From contig CP075496.1 of NCBI GenBank assembly GCA_021613535.1, positions 5,704,001-5,768,000 of the forward strand: 64,000 nt of DNA. Direction: 5' to 3'. The DNA comes from Adineta vaga. Taxonomy: Eukaryota; Animalia; Rotifera. The translations under genes and the position numbers were made by a program. The notes below the pieces were generated by a model. It did not search any database. It had not been told where the DNA came from and was given only the letters and a program-made list of their open reading frames with translations. Below, piece by piece: positions 62,101 to 64,000 of this stretch. Every line of letters begins with the position of its first letter. Positions within the stretch are counted from its first letter, which is position 1.

Positions 62101-63172
62101 GAACTTCAACGACAAGTTCATGCTGCTGAAGAAGAAAAGAAAACATTAAATTCATTACTTCGTATGGCAATTGAACAAAAACTAGCATTAACACAGAAGC
62201 TAGAAGATTTAGAAATGGATAATGAACGTGCACATACGACTGTGACAGTTCCAAAACGAACAAATAATTTAAGTCATACTCTTTCATTAGCTAGTGCGAT
62301 AACACCTACTTCAACAGGATCAACAATTGGATTATTAACAACCGTTCCAAATACGAATACTAGCAATAGCAGCAGCAACAACAACGTCAACAACAACCAT
62401 AACAACAACAGCAACAATATTATGAATGCCAATCAACTTGTTGGTAATAATGGACAATCTCAAGAAGGAAGACGTGGAAGATTCATACCACCACGAGTAA
62501 GTTTTAGGAAATATTTAATTTAAGAAAACACTTCCCATTAGAAATGAATAATATCAAGCAGAGCTTGTATGAATATATGGGAAATAATCTTTTCTCGCTA
62601 TCATAGTCTAGTCAATTGTATCTTTTTGGAAAAGAGGTTTGTACAGTTGAAAACGAAAACATATTATTATGACGATTTATATTGGACCTCATTTCTCTCT
62701 TATGCATGTTTCAGATGATGCAAGCTCTTGCGTCAAATCGAAATCAACAACTGCAAAACAAACGATAGAGAGATAATCAGTACGATAAAATAAAAATTGA
62801 TGTTGCTCTTCATTTGATTTTTCTAATTTCGCTTGATTAAGTTCTAAATTAACATTGATAAAAAAAATGCACTCATAACGAATGACGCATGGTTTGCTCT
62901 TTTTCTTTCCAATGATATATTTACAATGAAAAAAAAAACAACAATAAGAATAATAACATTGCACTAAAACGCAATCATCATACATATGAAAAAAAAATCA
63001 AACTTCTATTTGCATGAAAACAGCTGTTTTATTTTGTGTTTGACTTTTTTTCGTTGAAGTAATTATCGAATTGAAATCTAAATCAATATATTCTACTGTT
63101 TAGGGTCGTCAGCATAAAGCATTTATTACTCCAACTTCACATGTTCCTCCATCATCAAAATGGGGTCATTAA
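59194..63172 (+). CDS. BICD: Bicaudal-D dynein adaptor (two candidate terminal exons)
   Basis: QAAEYGLAL (CC1 box), [19 protein letters not shown] (spindly-type motif), [84 protein letters not shown]. Confidence 0.95.
62362..62418 (+). repeat. (AGC)/(AAC) coding trinucleotide repeat giving a poly-Asn tract in the BicD tail
   Basis: [19 protein letters not shown] encoded by AGC/AAC runs. Confidence 0.8.
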
Positions 63173-64000
63173 AATGCATTATTAATCTTCATCTTTTCTG
63201 TGTAAATCAAAACAATATACTTGTGTGCTTTATTCCTTGTTTCTTTTTTTCCGTGATACATTTTTAAAAAAACTATCTCTGTAAATGCTTATATTGCTTT
63301 TCTTTGATCATTCCATACCTGTATCTTATGTTTCCTTTACTCGATAGTTGCTTTGCTAGTAGTTGTTCATTTATTTGTTTTGTTCTTACATTCCATCAAT
63401 TTCATACGTTTTTCTCTTAAATTTAAAGATCTGATTGGTTTTTTTAGCTTGATTTTATCTTTAAAAGTATGATAAACGGAGAGTGAAGATATTCTGTATG
63501 TTTTTTAAAACCACTTGGCACAATTGTATGAGATTGGTTTCTTTCTTTTTTTCTTCTCTTTCCTTGTTTTGTTTTTGTTCTGTTAAATATGTCTCTTGCA
63601 TATATATTTTAGTATAAAAAAACAAAGACAAAAGATACTATGTTAAGCGCATGGAAGATGTTCGAATGTTTTTTTTTGTCTTATTTCTCTCCCTTACACT
63701 CACTCTTTTTTAACTTTTGTTTATTTCTTGTTCCATGGCGATTTCTTCTCTTTTTTTAAATACATGCATTTGGAGAATACAAATGAACGCAGCTATCTCT
63801 GATTTCTATAAACAAAATCAATTGAAGGAATTAAAAATCATATGTATATATATATATATATGTCGATATAGACCATTCATTTTTCAAAATTCGATGGTTT
63901 GATTCTATTCTTCGTTCCAATCGATTAAAATAGTTCTTCATATTCGTAATGTTTATGTATGATAGATGTTGAAATGGCATTCTTAGTTTATCGTCTGTAA

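Overview
AT-rich, gene-dense eukaryotic (metazoan) DNA with many very short GT-AG introns, mostly about 50-70 nt. The style suggests a bdelloid-rotifer-like invertebrate, but that is an inference only. I assembled exons by hand into 18 protein-coding genes plus one tRNA, in this order: SHOC2 (5'-partial), smoothelin-type CH protein, LRP1/vitellogenin-receptor-like LDLR, nicastrin, tRNA-Phe(GAA), LOXHD1-like multi-PLAT protein, divergent transmembrane semaphorin, nanos, CPEB1/Orb, two tandem ENPP4/5-like genes, eIF6, PHPT1/Janus, KCTD-type BTB protein, SHIPPO/LEXM-like protein, B3GLCT, 3xLIM protein, PTP99A/PTPRG-type receptor phosphatase and Bicaudal-D. I found no transposon, CRISPR array, rRNA or obvious foreign gene. 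The most notable observations are: (1) a head-to-head nanos-CPEB pair with two perfect CRE sites between them, in a window that also has BicD and a yolk-receptor-like LRP; (2) open genes that have lost key residues: Nanos lacks half of its second zinc knuckle, one ENPP paralogue lacks two Zn ligands, and PHPT1 has Tyr at the catalytic His; (3) a 1-nt frameshift in nicastrin; (4) extremely tight junctions, with divergent ATGs 36 nt apart, convergent stops 32 nt apart and a tRNA between two divergent ATGs, and splice acceptors directly before several ATGs, which could indicate trans-splicing; (5) an unannotated spliced 36-aa hydrophobic smORF. No database searches were run, and family calls rest on recognised motifs.
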